Part shown: positions 24,748 through 36,847 of the stretch, one piece after another
Layout of the letters: every line of letters begins with the position of its first letter
Numbering within the stretch: the stretch's first letter is position 1
Assembly (NCBI RefSeq): GCF_024521635.1
Contig: NW_026250420.1
Span: forward strand, 558,001-622,000
DNA length: 64,000 bases
DNA from: Tricharina praecox
Taxonomy: Eukaryota
Direction: 5' to 3'
Program-made: the position numbers and the translations under genes
Notes under the pieces: generated by a model
The model's database searches: none
Told to the model about the DNA's origin: nothing
The model's input: only the letters and a program-made list of their open reading frames with translations

Positions 24748-26175
24748 TTATGAGAGAAGGGGCTCGTTAACGTGCGGCTCATGAGAAGGAACGGCGGGGT
24801 AGTCGTGGACGACTTCGCTATCCTTGCTCAGATACTCGTGGGCGGAGGTGGTAGAGGGAGCCTCGGGCTTCTTGGAGGTCGATTTGGTGTAGGTCTGAAC
24901 CTTGGACTGGAGGTCGGCAGCAGTGGCCTTGGCGCGAACGGCAGCTTCCTCAGCGTACTTTCCGGTGAGCTTCTTGGTGGTCTCGACCTGGGAGTTGACC
25001 ATGTCGGAAACGCGCTGGATCTGCTCATCGATCAACTCCTTATTGTTGATGTAGATGAGCGGCGCAGTGAAGGCAGTAACGGTAGCTAGTAGAACCGTGG
25101 TTAGCAGCTATACCCACGCGTATACCACGAGGGCAACCTACCTAGAAGAAGCAGAGTCCAGAATGGAATGTACTTGATCAGGATGTAGCCGAAGAACGAA
25201 GAGACAAAGGCCTGACAGAATTAGCAATCTCGATGGCATTTCTAGCAGAAGAAGAGCGACATACAGCAATGGTAGTAAAAATGTTCTCGACGAACAGCAC
25301 GCGCTGGAACTCCAAGACGAAAAAGTTGGTCAAGTCATGAAGGTTCTCAAAGAACATCTCGAGCGACTCCCGCGGGACGGTATAGTAACGAGTCGGGCGC
25401 ATCGACGAGACGATTCCCTTAGCCCCAAGGGGCTTCCCGGCGAGCTCGAGCACGGAAGCAGCTACGACAGTCAGCATACACCGATCACAAAACGCAGCAA
25501 ACAGGGAAATCCTCACCCGCAAAGAGCATGTACGCAGCCTTGAAAACGTAGCGCAGGACATTAACATAGCGGAACGCGAAGATCAACGAAATGGTTGAGA
25601 AAAAGAAGAACCCGGTAGCCTTGGGGGATTTCCACTAGACGGTGGTGACATCATATCAGCATATTGTTACGTCGTTTACTCACGACCCTTATCTCTCGCC
25701 TCGGCAACCACAATCCACCAAAGACCAGACCGCACCATACGGAAAAAAAAAGAAAGAGAAGAGAAGAGAACACGAACCGTGAAGAGATCGTAAAACAAGC
25801 TGTGGAAGTGAGACATCGGCTGCTGCTGCTGCTGACCGTCCTGGTAATCTCCACGACCGGATCCCGCGAGTCCTTTGAAATCCGACTTCGTATCCTGGAT
25901 GACCGGGTGCGATCCTGGGGACATGTCAGTATTGAAGATTCTCCCTTGCACGTGCACAATCGGAGGAGCAGGTTGTTGTTCTCGTAGGGAAGTGGAGGGG
26001 TCTATCGACAGTCGACGTCAGTATACATTTTTTTATCGTGAGTCGCGGAGAGCACGGGTGTTGCAGCGACGGAGAAACACTTTCGACTCACCTCACCGTT
26101 CACGATCTGCTCAGCCGCGGAACCGTTGCCGTGGCTTGTCTCCTGGTTGCTGTAGTAGTGGGTGCTATCGGCCAT
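24748..26175 (-). CDS. RTN1: Reticulon-like ER-shaping protein
   Basis: Six exons give ...PMSHFHSLFYDLFT-WKSPKATG...RPTRYYTVPRESLE..NFFVLEFQRVLFVEN...AFTAPLIYINNKELIDEQI, a fungal reticulon domain with two long hydrophobic segments. Confidence 0.9.
25915..26096 (-). other. Donor-disrupted [D5,6] spliceosomal twin intron (stwintron), first intervening sequence of the reticulon gene
   Basis: Minus strand reads AACG|GTGAG[GTGAGT...TACTGAC...TAG]A...TACTGAC...CAG|GATCG: two donors 5 nt apart, two identical branch points, two acceptors; internal intron 90 nt, external 92 nt. Confidence 0.8.
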
Positions 26176-27286
26176 GGTGGGCAAAGTGCAGGGCGATAAG
26201 GAGAATGGGTTGTTGTGTTTGTGTATGTAGGAGGGTGATAGTAGAGGTAGGAAGGGGACGAAGCTGTTTGTAGAGGGTAGAAGTAGGAGTTCAGTTCAGT
26301 CTGGTGAAAAAGAAGAGAGAAGAGAAGAGAGGAAGAAGGAAAGAAGGAAGGAAGGGGGGGCGAAGTGATGTGATGTGAGTGTGTTATCGAGACCTGACTT
26401 GCTGGCCGGGATGGTGGGGGGGGGGGGGGCTTGCGTGTGAGTGTAACTCGCAAGTAAGTACAACTTTTCTAGTCCGCACTCTTGGAGAGAAGTGGCTTTG
26501 CTTTGCATTACTTTCGCACTCCCTCCGATCGATGATCGCACACACGGGTGACACAGTACTGCGCTACATACAACTCGCATCTCCAGCGGCTGGATTTCAA
26601 GGGAGCGAGGAGATATCCATCATTCTCCTGCATACGGCTAGTGCGGGTGCTGCTGAAACTGGACGTCACCTCGCCATCAGAGCGAGCAGATTGAAGAGAG
26701 AAAAAAAAACTCAGCACCCAACATGCAACATGCGACATGCGGCGGCATCATCATTACATGTGATAATATGCACTATCCCCCCATCACCCGTTTGGGTAAC
26801 TAGCTCCCAACGCGTCACCATGGGCAAGGCAAGGCAAGAGCAGAACCTCGCTGGAAAGGGAGGGACGGTAAGGCCTGGGTGGAAGCTGGGCTGATCGTGA
26901 CTACTTCTTATCGGAACCTGCGCTCTCGTCTGCAAAGACGAGGGCAAGGCACGGCAGGGCGGGCGAGCATCTCATCGCTGTCGCCTGCGAGCGAGCGAGC
27001 GAGCGCGCGGAACGGGTTCTCTTGCCTTAGCTCTGAAGAAACCCTGCACGTGCGTGTGCCAAGGCAGGCGTAGCGAGTGATGTCGCGTGACACGTGTGAC
27101 GGAACCGTCTTGGGTTTCACTGACCTCACCCTTGTGGATGGGCTGGCGAGCACTTTGGAAGATACGATGATTTGACTGCACTTCAATTGCCTAGCAAACA
27201 TCGATACAGGACGAGCAAGACAAGCACGAACGAAACCACAGCCCTCCATCCCATCCCACCCCGCCCCATTACCATCCTACTTCAGC

Positions 27287-28148
27287 TCAGTTAACAGCTC
27301 TATACTGCTGCAACTCAGCCTCCGTAATCTCCCTGAGCTTATTCGTGTTCGCGACGCTTCCGGTGACCGCTCCCTTCGCGATCTCAATGCCCCTCTTGAT
27401 AGCGGTTCCCTTCTGGAGGGCGTAAGTCGCCGTGATCGCACGGATCTTGATGATAGCGATCCTCGGATCCTCCGGGCCGCCGTCGTGGATGCCGTCGCCG
27501 AGATCCCCCACCCACGCCTTCAGGCTCGGCGAGTAGTGGCTGCGGATCTTCTCGCGGTCCGTCTCGATCGAGGCGGTGCCGGAGATGGACGCCCACTCGC
27601 CCTGTCATCACGCATCAGTCTCTCTCTCTCCCCCTTCCCATCCCCTACAAACAAAAGCAAGCACCCACCGTACTCGGCTTGATAAAGCTCATATTAACAT
27701 GCGGATCGCTATGTAGCTCATCGGTCTTGCCAGTCTCAGTGTTGGTATGAAAGATGAGGTCTACGCCGCCCTCCTTATCGGCAAGTGCCATGCAGCGGCT
27801 GACGAGCAGGCCGCTGCGGTCCTGCCGCGTCGTCATCATCCCGTACTTCGTGTCTGTCACGAACGTCATCAGGTCCTCGACTTTCTCCTTCAGTGACACG
27901 TTCATGTTGTCTGCGTTCGCGGTGGTGTATGGGTCCATTGGCTTGGAGGTGCTGCTGGGGGTGGTCGTGTTCGTGGTGAAGTGCTGCGATGTGTTGGAGG
28001 GGTGCGCGGAGGACATGCTGCGGTGTGTTGGAGGGGTTTTGCTGGTTGTTTGGTAGAGTAGTGGTCGTTGTTGTTGCAGTATGTTTGATCGTTGCAGTGT
28101 TCTTCTCGGAAGCCTTAAGCAGTGAAAGCGGCAGCGAAGACTATTCAT
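27287..28148 (-). CDS. bli-3: BLI-3-like protein (pyridoxamine 5'-phosphate oxidase-like FMN split barrel)
   Basis: DPYT..SLKEKVEDL..KYGMMTTR..GLLVSRCMALA..GVDLIFHTNTETGKTDEL..DPHVNMSF, then one intron, then GEWASISG..YSPSLKAWVGDLGDGIHDGGPEDPRI. A second ATG is at 28016. Confidence 0.92.
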
Positions 28149-28894
28149 TTTCAGCGCAATAGCAAGTGTGGCAGCTTATATCCTCGTGGCGAGAATCCTG
28201 CTCCCCCCGGCCAGCCAGTGACAAGCCAGTGATATACCTGTTGTTGTGCGCCGATGTCGTAAAGTGTACGAAGTTCATGTATGTACGAACAGATGCCCCC
28301 CCGCACCCGCCAATGGTCAGTGGTCACTGATGACGTAGGATTGTCGTTGCTTCCTTCCTTCCTTCCTTCCCGCATTGACCCAGCGTCGATCACTCAAGCC
28401 CAAGCCCTAGAGGCCCAAGCCTCGATCACGCTGGGCGTCGCTCATGCTGCCGGATCGGGGACCGCCACACTAATTACATAGTGCCGAATTATGTCGGCCC
28501 ACGGGTGTGATTCAGTTGACTTCATATACTGTACTCTACAGTGCGATACTCAAATGTGCGGCGCGCTCTCATCATGATTTAGTTAACGTCGGTATCCTCA
28601 ATACGCTCCTAGCAACGGCTGTGGTGACATAGCTCAGTTCACCCCGCCGCTTAGAACCCGTTCCAACTGCGTAGTATACTCTAGGTATGAAGCCGCTACT
28701 CACGAATGTGCGGGCGTGTACTCCACCATCGTGAGAACAGTACCGATACAGAGCAGAGCAGAGCATACGGTATATAGGAGTGAACAGCGCGCAAACACAA
28801 GTTATTCGCAAAAGGCCGATCGATATGATACAGTGCCCGAAACGCCAGCGGCAGTGCAGAAAACAAAAGAAAAAGCCGCCATCTATTATGTAGT

Positions 28895-31800
28895 TTAAAC
28901 CGTAGGAATGCCCTCGATGCAAGCCCTAGCACCGCGTCCCTTCTCCTCAAAAACAACAATCATCCTTTCCGCCCTCTCGTTCAACCGGCGTTCCGCGTTT
29001 GCCGCGTTCCACTTCACCCACTCTTCGACCGTCATGTCCCGCTCGGCAGCGGTCAAGCCGGCCTCGTCCACTTCCGCCCCGGGGTGCGACGCAAACACGA
29101 CATCCAGGTCGATGGGATTCCATGGGTGCGAAGTCTGCACTGTCCGCGATGGCTTCGCCTTCGGCGTGCTCTGGAGGGGCACCATCATCTGTCTGCGAAC
29201 CGGGGAGAGCGGTGCACGGGGCTGCTCGACCGGATCCGGTGAATTTGTCGGCTCGCGGTGCAGGGAGCTCGCAACAACAACCTCAGGTTCCTCCTCCTCC
29301 TCCTCCGCCGCCGGCAGTTCCCGCTCATCGCTTGGGTGGTCAATCTCCATCTCGTGAACCTCCGGAGACTCCGATCTAGGCGCAGTGTGCTCCACGAACG
29401 GCGAACTATGCGTCAGTGATGTGGCGTGTTCCTTAGCGTCACTTTCGCGTTCGTACTCGGATGGGGTAGAGTGGCGTAGATGCTTTTGCGGACTGGCCTT
29501 GCGTGGGCTGGCCTTCCGTGGGCTGTCCATTTGTGGAGTGACCTTCTGCGGACTGGCCTTGCGTGCACTCTTACGCACCGATTGTTGCGGCGGCGGCGGC
29601 GACGGCTCGGGCTCAGTCTCAAGCTCGGGCTCGGGCTCGGGCTCGGTGGCGTGCTCTTCGTCCTCAGTCGCATCAGGATCTCCCTCTACAAACAACGTAC
29701 CGGCGCCGAAGGACTCACGAACTTCGACAACGTGGCGGACCACGCTGCCAGATTCTGATAACTCTTCCTCCACAACAACCTCTTCCATTGGAACTTCCGG
29801 AACATGTTCCTCCTGGGTTTGATACCGCTGGTACGGGTGCTCATCGGGAACAGTTGACGCCGCGTCAGGAATGGTCGAAACTGGGGAGGCCATACTTTCG
29901 CGTTGCGGCTGCTGCGGCTGCTGCTTTGTGTTTACGCGTTTAGGCTTCTCGGCTTGTTTGGGCTCCGGCTTCGGGAAGACAGTTATCGCGACCTCTTCTT
30001 CATACTCCTCCACCTTCACTGGCGTCGGCACTGCCGGTTCAATGGGGTTGGCCTGGCTGTCGACGGTATTGCTTCTGCTCCTAACAGTGCCCTTCTTCTT
30101 GGAGACCTTCGTGCGCTTGGTGGGTTTGGGATCTTCATCGTCAGTGCCGGCTATCTTTTTAGACTTCGTCCGGCCCTTCCTCGGGACAGGCGGTGGGGAC
30201 GGCTCTGGTTCTGATTCGGCAGGCGTATCGTCATTTTGATCGAGGATTTCGACGTCCTGGTTGAGATGTCTCGGCACCGAGATTGGCATCGAGTAGTCTA
30301 GTCCTCCATCCCTAAAGAAAGACTTCATAGGGGTCTTCGTTGGCGCTGCACTGCCGCTTCGAGACCCCGCTTTGCTCTTTCCCCTGACTGCCGCAGGGAT
30401 GAGAATATCGCGGGGAGCATTCCTCATGGATTGTTCAACCGCAAGACTGGTTCTGGACCTGGTCACTTTCTTAGTGCTACGGACGAAGGGCTTTTGGTGC
30501 GCTGCATTGTCCTCGTCGTCCGTGAAGGGGTGTTCGTGGTCAAGCGCATCATTGAAGTCGTCACTTGGAGCTGCGTAGATCCTGTTCTTAGCAGGGGTTT
30601 TCGTTGGTTTCGAGACGACCCGGTGGTTCTTCTTTGGCTTGACCTCTACAGAGTCTTCCGCGTCCGTAAGCGATGTCTCGTTGCCGGGTGCGGGCTGCCG
30701 CGCGATGCTAGCACGGGTAGTTCGCTGCCTCTTCGGCGGGTCGGCAATGATATCGAGGACGGGCTGTTTGGCTATGCTGGCTCTGGTGGCTCTCTTCTTG
30801 GGCTGCACGACGATCTCTTCATCTGACCCCGATTCCGTGTCGATTCCGCCATCGAACATGATCACCGGCTCCTTAGACATGATGCTACTCGACCGCTTGC
30901 GTCCCCTTTTCGGAGCTTCATCCACATCCGATACTGAATTGGTAGATGTTGCGTATTCTGGGACAGCCTTCTTGCGCCCGCCTTTCTTCGCGGCGGCAGC
31001 CTTTGGCTTCACGGAACCGGCTCTCTTTCCCCTCGCTGGCTTCGTCTCCTCATCGTCCATGCTGTCGACCGAGTCTCGAAGCGAACGTCCACGTTCGACT
31101 GGAGGTTCCGGTGGTACAGCCGAGTTCGCCCGGGATGCGCGTCTTGTGGCCGGCTTCTTGGGTACGGTCGAAGTCCGTGGTGCGCGCTTCGCCGGCTTGA
31201 GCGATTCTGTCTCGAAGAAATAGCATTGGGGCTTGCGCCGGTAGTGCTCGTCTCTGCAACCAACTATGAGTCTCGGGACATGGCGATAATGTAGAGGCAT
31301 GCATACCTTGGAACATCTTCAGGTTCGAAATTGGCCAATGAAATACCGCAGAATGGGCAGATGCAGTTGTCGATTTCACCCTTCGTAGGAGCGTAGTGGA
31401 AACCGGCACCAGCCATCTAGTAGGAGCACCATCAGTCAGTACTAGCCCGGGCGCGGGTACAGAACAGTAAGGTATGCGTACATTCATCACGCTCAAATTG
31501 TCGGTATCGGGGTGAGGCCACATGCCTTCCCCGAACGTCTGCAGCCGGCCCAGCGCAAATTGATCACTGTGCGGATTGCACGTGAAGTCCTGCCCCTGGC
31601 TCTCCTGAATCTCGGCAGTGATCGCCCATCCACAGTCGGGGGAGTGGCGGTAATGCTCGGAGACGGGATTATCACCGGGCTCCCACCCATCCAGCGACTT
31701 CGAGCAGAGGAAGCAGGTCACATTGTCGTCATGGCCGGGCGTTGGATCGAAGTAGAATCCTGCGTCCGCATACTACCGCGGGTCAGCACGCAACGCACGG

Positions 31801-31953
31801 GGCAGTGCGGGTTCGCGAACGAGAGGGAGCCCATACACGCTTTGCATTTTTGTGTGGCCACTTGGGGATCTTGGCATTGCCTGCGGTCGATGTCCGACGG
31901 GGTGCCCGGAACGTTGCCTGTCGCACTGTCGCCAGGAAATAGTTCTTTGACAT
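28895..31953 (-). CDS. BIR1: Survivin/IAP-like chromosomal passenger protein with two BIR domains
   Basis: Three introns. BIR1: KWPH..YADAGFYF..DNVTCFLC..LDGWE..EHYRHSPDC. BIR2: WPH..MAGAGFHY..DNCICPFC..EHYRRKPQCYFF. Long disordered linker; C-terminal MTVEEWV..AE..L..AERMIVVFEEKG. Confidence 0.93.
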
Positions 31954-32812
31954 TACGGAGACAGCGATGGAACGCGACGACTGGGAGTGGGTGGTGCGCG
32001 CTGCTCGGCGAGGGGGAGGAGCGTGTTGTTACAGGAGGCTACCTAGGCACAGGACCCTACCGAGGGAGGCGAGCGGGAGGAGAGGGAGGAATTATGGTGG
32101 TGTTATGGGTTGTGGTGGGTATCGAGTGGTAGATGGTGATGAGGGCTTGGGGAGACGTGTAGACGTGTAGTGCTTTCCCCGACTGTGTTGTGTTGTGTTG
32201 TGTTTTTGTTTGGTGTCGGGTGTTGTTGGCTTGGGTGTCCTCCCTCCTTCTCCTTCCTCTCATGCACTCCACGATTGGCCCGAACCACGCTAACCCAACT
32301 GCGGCAGTGATGATCTCCCTCACACAAAACGCAGACGAAGCATGTCCGGCTTGCTTGCGGCTTGTCTGCTTGTGCACTGTGCAGGAGGATAGTTAGAGTG
32401 CCCTCATCTATTCCCAGATCACGGGAGCGGGATTCACCGCAATCAGTTCCATTATCACATCCGATTTGCCTTTGCCCGTCCGTTACCTGTATTTGAGTGA
32501 AAGTTCCCCCGCTCCACGTGCGGACCAAATCTCACAAAAGCCAAACCCAACTCCAGATAACCTGACCGCAACGTTAACTTTCTTGTCCCACATCTCGGCG
32601 GAGAGAGCCTAGAGCAAGTACCTCCTGCTAATACACATACACCTCTACTCTCCACACTCTCGCTCGCCATTAGCTATTGTCCGTCCGTTCGTTTTCCACG
32701 TTGCCGCTTGTTAGGCTCCCCCGCCAGTGTTGTCATCTCACTACCCTACCACCCACCCATCCATCCGGCCACAGACACTCCTCGAGCATCTGCATACCCC
32801 TCCAACCAAGCC

Positions 32813-34280
32813 ATGAGTTTCTCCATTTCGGTGCGTTAATGGACCTCTACATGTATCCCTTCTTCACCGTCGCCTCGTGGGTGGATCGTGTTGCTAAACC
32901 TCGACAAGCGCCGGGTACTGCAACCACCGCGGCCGATTCTCCTCGGTGTCACCACATACAAGTACCGCCGTCGTCGATGCAGCTATTCCACCAGCAGCAG
33001 CACGAGCACGGCCGCCGCCGCCACCGCCGCCGCGGACAATCCCAACACCACAGCCAAAGCGGCGGTAGACGTGGATGACCTCGACCCGGCGGCGGCCAGC
33101 ACACTCCCGAAAAACTTCGGCACGAACCAGCACATGTATGTCAACGACGAGATGAAGGAGCGGCTGCGCTCGGTGCTGTGGGAGTTCAAAGCGCCAGTGC
33201 GATATGCCGTCGCTTACGGGTCCGGCGTGTTCTCGCAGGGCACCACGAAGCCGAGCGGGCAGAAACCCATGATCGATCTGATCTTCGGCGTCACCTATAG
33301 TCAGCACTGGCATTCGCTGAATCTGCAGCAGCATCGCGACCATTACTCGTTCTTGGGGAACATGGGCAGTGGTGTCGTCTCCATGGTGCAGGATCGATTG
33401 GGCGCCGGAATGTATTTCAATCCGTACGTGGAGATAAATGGAGTCGTACGTGCTTTCACCTTCAGAGAAGAAATACACTGATTGCTGACCATCCAACCCG
33501 TAGATGGTGAAATACGGCGTCGTGAACATCGAGACCCTCTGCCGCGATCTCTCTGACTGGAACTCGCTCTACATCGCGGGGCGGATGCACAAGCCAGTCA
33601 AGATCCTTCGCAACGACCCACGGGTGCTCCTCTCGAACCACGTCAACCTCCTCTCAGCGGTGAGGGTAGCGCTGCTGCTGCTCCCCGAAACCTTCTCTGA
33701 GCACCAGCTATACACGACGATCGCGGGGCTCTCGTACATGGGCGACCCGCGGATGTCTTTGCCGGCCGAGAACCCGCACAAAGTCGCCAACATCGTCAAC
33801 AGCCAGCTAGCGAACTTCCGGCGCCTGTACCTGCCGCTGATCCAGCAGCTGCCCAACGTGCACTTCGTCAAGGAGAACCTGTCCTGGAACGACCAGGCGA
33901 CGCACACCATGCTACAGCAGGACATGGATCCCGTGCGCCGCGGGAACATGGTGCGGCGCCTGCCCACGAAGTTCCGCGAGCGACTGTACTTCCAGTACCA
34001 GCGCAAGTTTGCGATCCCACGTCTGGAGTTCAGGAAGATGATCGGCGTCTCGGAAGACGATGAGCGCGTCAGCAAGAAGCAGGGCGGCGTGTTTGAGCAG
34101 CGCATTGCCGCAGACCTGGCGAATCTCCGCGGTGAGGTCGGCGCCGTCATCACGAAAACGGTTAAGTGGCCCAGCACCGTGCAGAGCCTCAAGGGCATAC
34201 TGAGTGCTGGACCTATAAAGAGCTGGAAATACTTGGGCGAGAAGATCGCGAAGTGGAAGGAGTCGAAACGGAGCTCGTGA
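32813..34280 (+). CDS. TAM41: Mitochondrial phosphatidate cytidylyltransferase
   Basis: APVRYAVAYGSGVFSQ, MIDLIFGV..HWHSLNL, YFNPYV, VKYGVV, LYIAGRMHKPV, LSYMGDPRM motifs. Introns 32831-32908 (inferred) and 33446-33503. Confidence 0.93.
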
Positions 34281-34804
34281 GATGTGCGATGGATGTGTGC
34301 GATGTATGCGATGGATGTATGGATGTGGTCAGCGCTCATTAACTACCTACCTATCTACCTAGACTGCCGCGATGATTGGCGATTGGGAGATTTTCAGGCG
34401 TTTGCTTGTTTGCTTGCTTGCTTGGGCTGGATGGATGGTCAAACATGTATGTGTTGATGGTTGCGAGTGGATTCTCTCCGTTGAGAGCTGTTGTTGTATG
34501 TATATAAGATGGACGGATGGACGGATGGATGGATGACGTGTTCTTGTTCTTTGGAGGGTATTTGAGGATGATAGGATGTCTTTCGGTTGGTTGGTTGTGT
34601 ATATTCACCAGCCCGAGTTTGTTTCTGCTTCTGCTTCTGCTTCATCTTGATACCAAGCTTGTTCGTTCGTTTCAAACGATACAGGTATTTGATGAGTTGT
34701 ACAATGCAATAACAAGACCAAGACCAGACCAAGCCATGAATCCCATCCATAGCCAGTGCTCAAAACACGAAAACAGCGCCCACCCTTCAGTCAATCAGTG
34801 CTAG

Positions 34805-35812
34805 CTATGGCTTCTTCAGCGCGGCAAACCGTCTCGCCAGCTCATCGTCGGTGGACAAGTTCCTTGCCGTCTGCGGTTTCGGCGCGGGAGGCTTCGGCAG
34901 CGCCAGGCTCGGCATCTTGGGCGCATCGGGCATGCGGATCACCGGGTGCACGTTCTCGGTCGACGGCGACGGCGGCGCAATATTGATTGGCGAGCGCATC
35001 TGGCTCGGCGGGGTGACCTTTGCCAGCTCCGCCGCTTTGGGATCGTTTACTGCCAGTGCCAGCGGCGGTTCTTTCATCTTTCCACTCCCACTCCCGCCCT
35101 CTTGATCGTCATCGAATTCCGGCGGGGGCGGCGTTCCCGGCGGCGTGGCCCTGTAGCTGATTCCGTAGGTGCGCGCAATCTCTTTGAGGTACAGCGTGAC
35201 GAGCAGCTCGTCGGGCGGCTCGACGCGCAACTTCTTGATCACCCGCGGCGACACCTTCTGCTCGCTGTTCTCGATCGCGGCCACCGCGAATTCCTTCCCG
35301 TACTTCTCGACCAGCAGCTGCCGCACTGTCTGCAGCTCGCGGATCTCGGTGCGCGGCGCCGCGTAGATCAGTGATTTTATCGGTTCTTCGAGGCCGGGGT
35401 CGCATTCTCTGCGGGTGGGGGTGTCAGCCGCGGAAGGGGGAGGGGGAGGGGGAAGGGCGGGAGGAGGGGTACTTCGCATCCAACAGCCCGATCCTCGCCA
35501 GCAGCAGCTCGCAGTACAGCTCCAGGATCTCCATGAGCTCGACGGAAATGTCCTGGCGGATGATGTTCTCGACGCGGATGCGCGCGGAATCCTCCTTGCC
35601 CGCTTCGAGGAGCTGCGCCATCTGCCGCCGCGCAACCTTTGATAACGCTGTCTCTTTCTGCTGCGCCATTCGCAGACGAGAGATTGAGAGCTTCAGGGCT
35701 ACTTTAAGCTTGCTCTAGTTACACACGGGAGGGTTAGTGATGGGTGGTGGGGTATGTGGGGTAGGGGAGGGGGGGAGGGGGGACGGACGACGTGCGGGGA
35801 GGTGGGCGCCAT
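34805..35812 (-). CDS. IST1: ESCRT-III-associated Vps4 regulator Ist1
   Basis: Three exons: MAPTSPHV-SKLKVALKLSISRLRMAQQK...ARIRVENIIRQD..ELMEILELYCELLLARIGLL..YAAPRTEIREL..KYGKEF; C-terminal MIM1-like DDELARRFAALK. Confidence 0.94.
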
Positions 35813-36847
35813 GGTGGGGTGTAGGTGTAGGCGAGGTGGGTGGTCGATGGTGATGAGGACGATGAGCTGTGGTTCACGAAGGCGGGTGGAATGTTCTCTG
35901 GCCAAGGCGGGGCTCGCTAACTTTCCGTTTAAGATGTGATGGGGTATGTAGTCTGATGGGTTACATAAAGCTCGGTACATATAGCTGGACCATTTGATGT
36001 CATTCTGGGCCAGGGATGTTTGAGGAACGGTAGTTGTCATAGAAGAGTCGTCAGCCACATAGGTATAGTATGGCTCCCTTGCTCTCTTGAGAAGCAATAG
36101 GTATTGCGAGACTCTACCGGAGACAGCTGGCCGGCAACACTTCGAGCGGGAGCGGGAGGATGCGGACAGAACGGAAGCTCAGTGACGGTAACTCACTTGG
36201 TCCGCTACCGTAATGGGATCGTAGGTATTTCAAATACGACAATCCTATGGTGGATCTCGGAAGGGGTTCTTTCATAAGTTTGTTTGGATGTAGTACTTTC
36301 GTTTGAGATGACTCAATCACTAATTTTATTGAGTGGCCACTGGAAGTTTTATGACTACTTCGTCATTTTTCGGTGAGTTGTCACCACTGTGTTATTAGGG
36401 GACCCGTGAACCGAGTGAACGACTGCGATAGGCGAGCGACGAGCTGCCTGGAAGTGAGCACGGAAGCCACACCGAATGCAAGCGTCCCCGGAAGATCAAG
36501 GGATTGGAGTCTCAGGCCCAAAGCAAGATTCCCTCTTGATCCTCTGGACGCGGAACGGACTGGGCATGTACGTGTTTAAAATTCCGCACTAGGGCCTAAA
36601 CGACCGGCCACTGGGGCGGGCGGGTGCAGGCGGAAAAATCACTGGCGAGGAATTTTTTTAGCTGCAGGAAGAACGTCCATTCCCGGGACGAGCAGATGAG
36701 CAGGCAACCGGGCAACCGGGCAACGCAAAGAAACCTTGAAGCTTCCTTCTTCCTTCTACTTCCCACCTGCCCATGCACGACTCTCCACGTCCCAGTAATC
36801 GCCTATTCTAGGGCACTTGACGCTCACGCTGCGCACTGGAACGAGCA

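Noticed and set aside
25635..25777. Second nested intron in reticulon intron 2 (internal GTGAGT)
   Set aside because: Only one branch/acceptor set is evident and the internal donor is out of phase.
31850..31880. Apparent frameshift before the first BIR domain
   Set aside because: On recount the G run is four long; AKIPKWPH is in frame from ATG 31953.
34787..34807. IST1 stop context TAG CTA G resembling a readthrough motif
   Set aside because: The efficient motif is TGA CTA; the extension (xLALID*) is not a PTS1 or other known signal.
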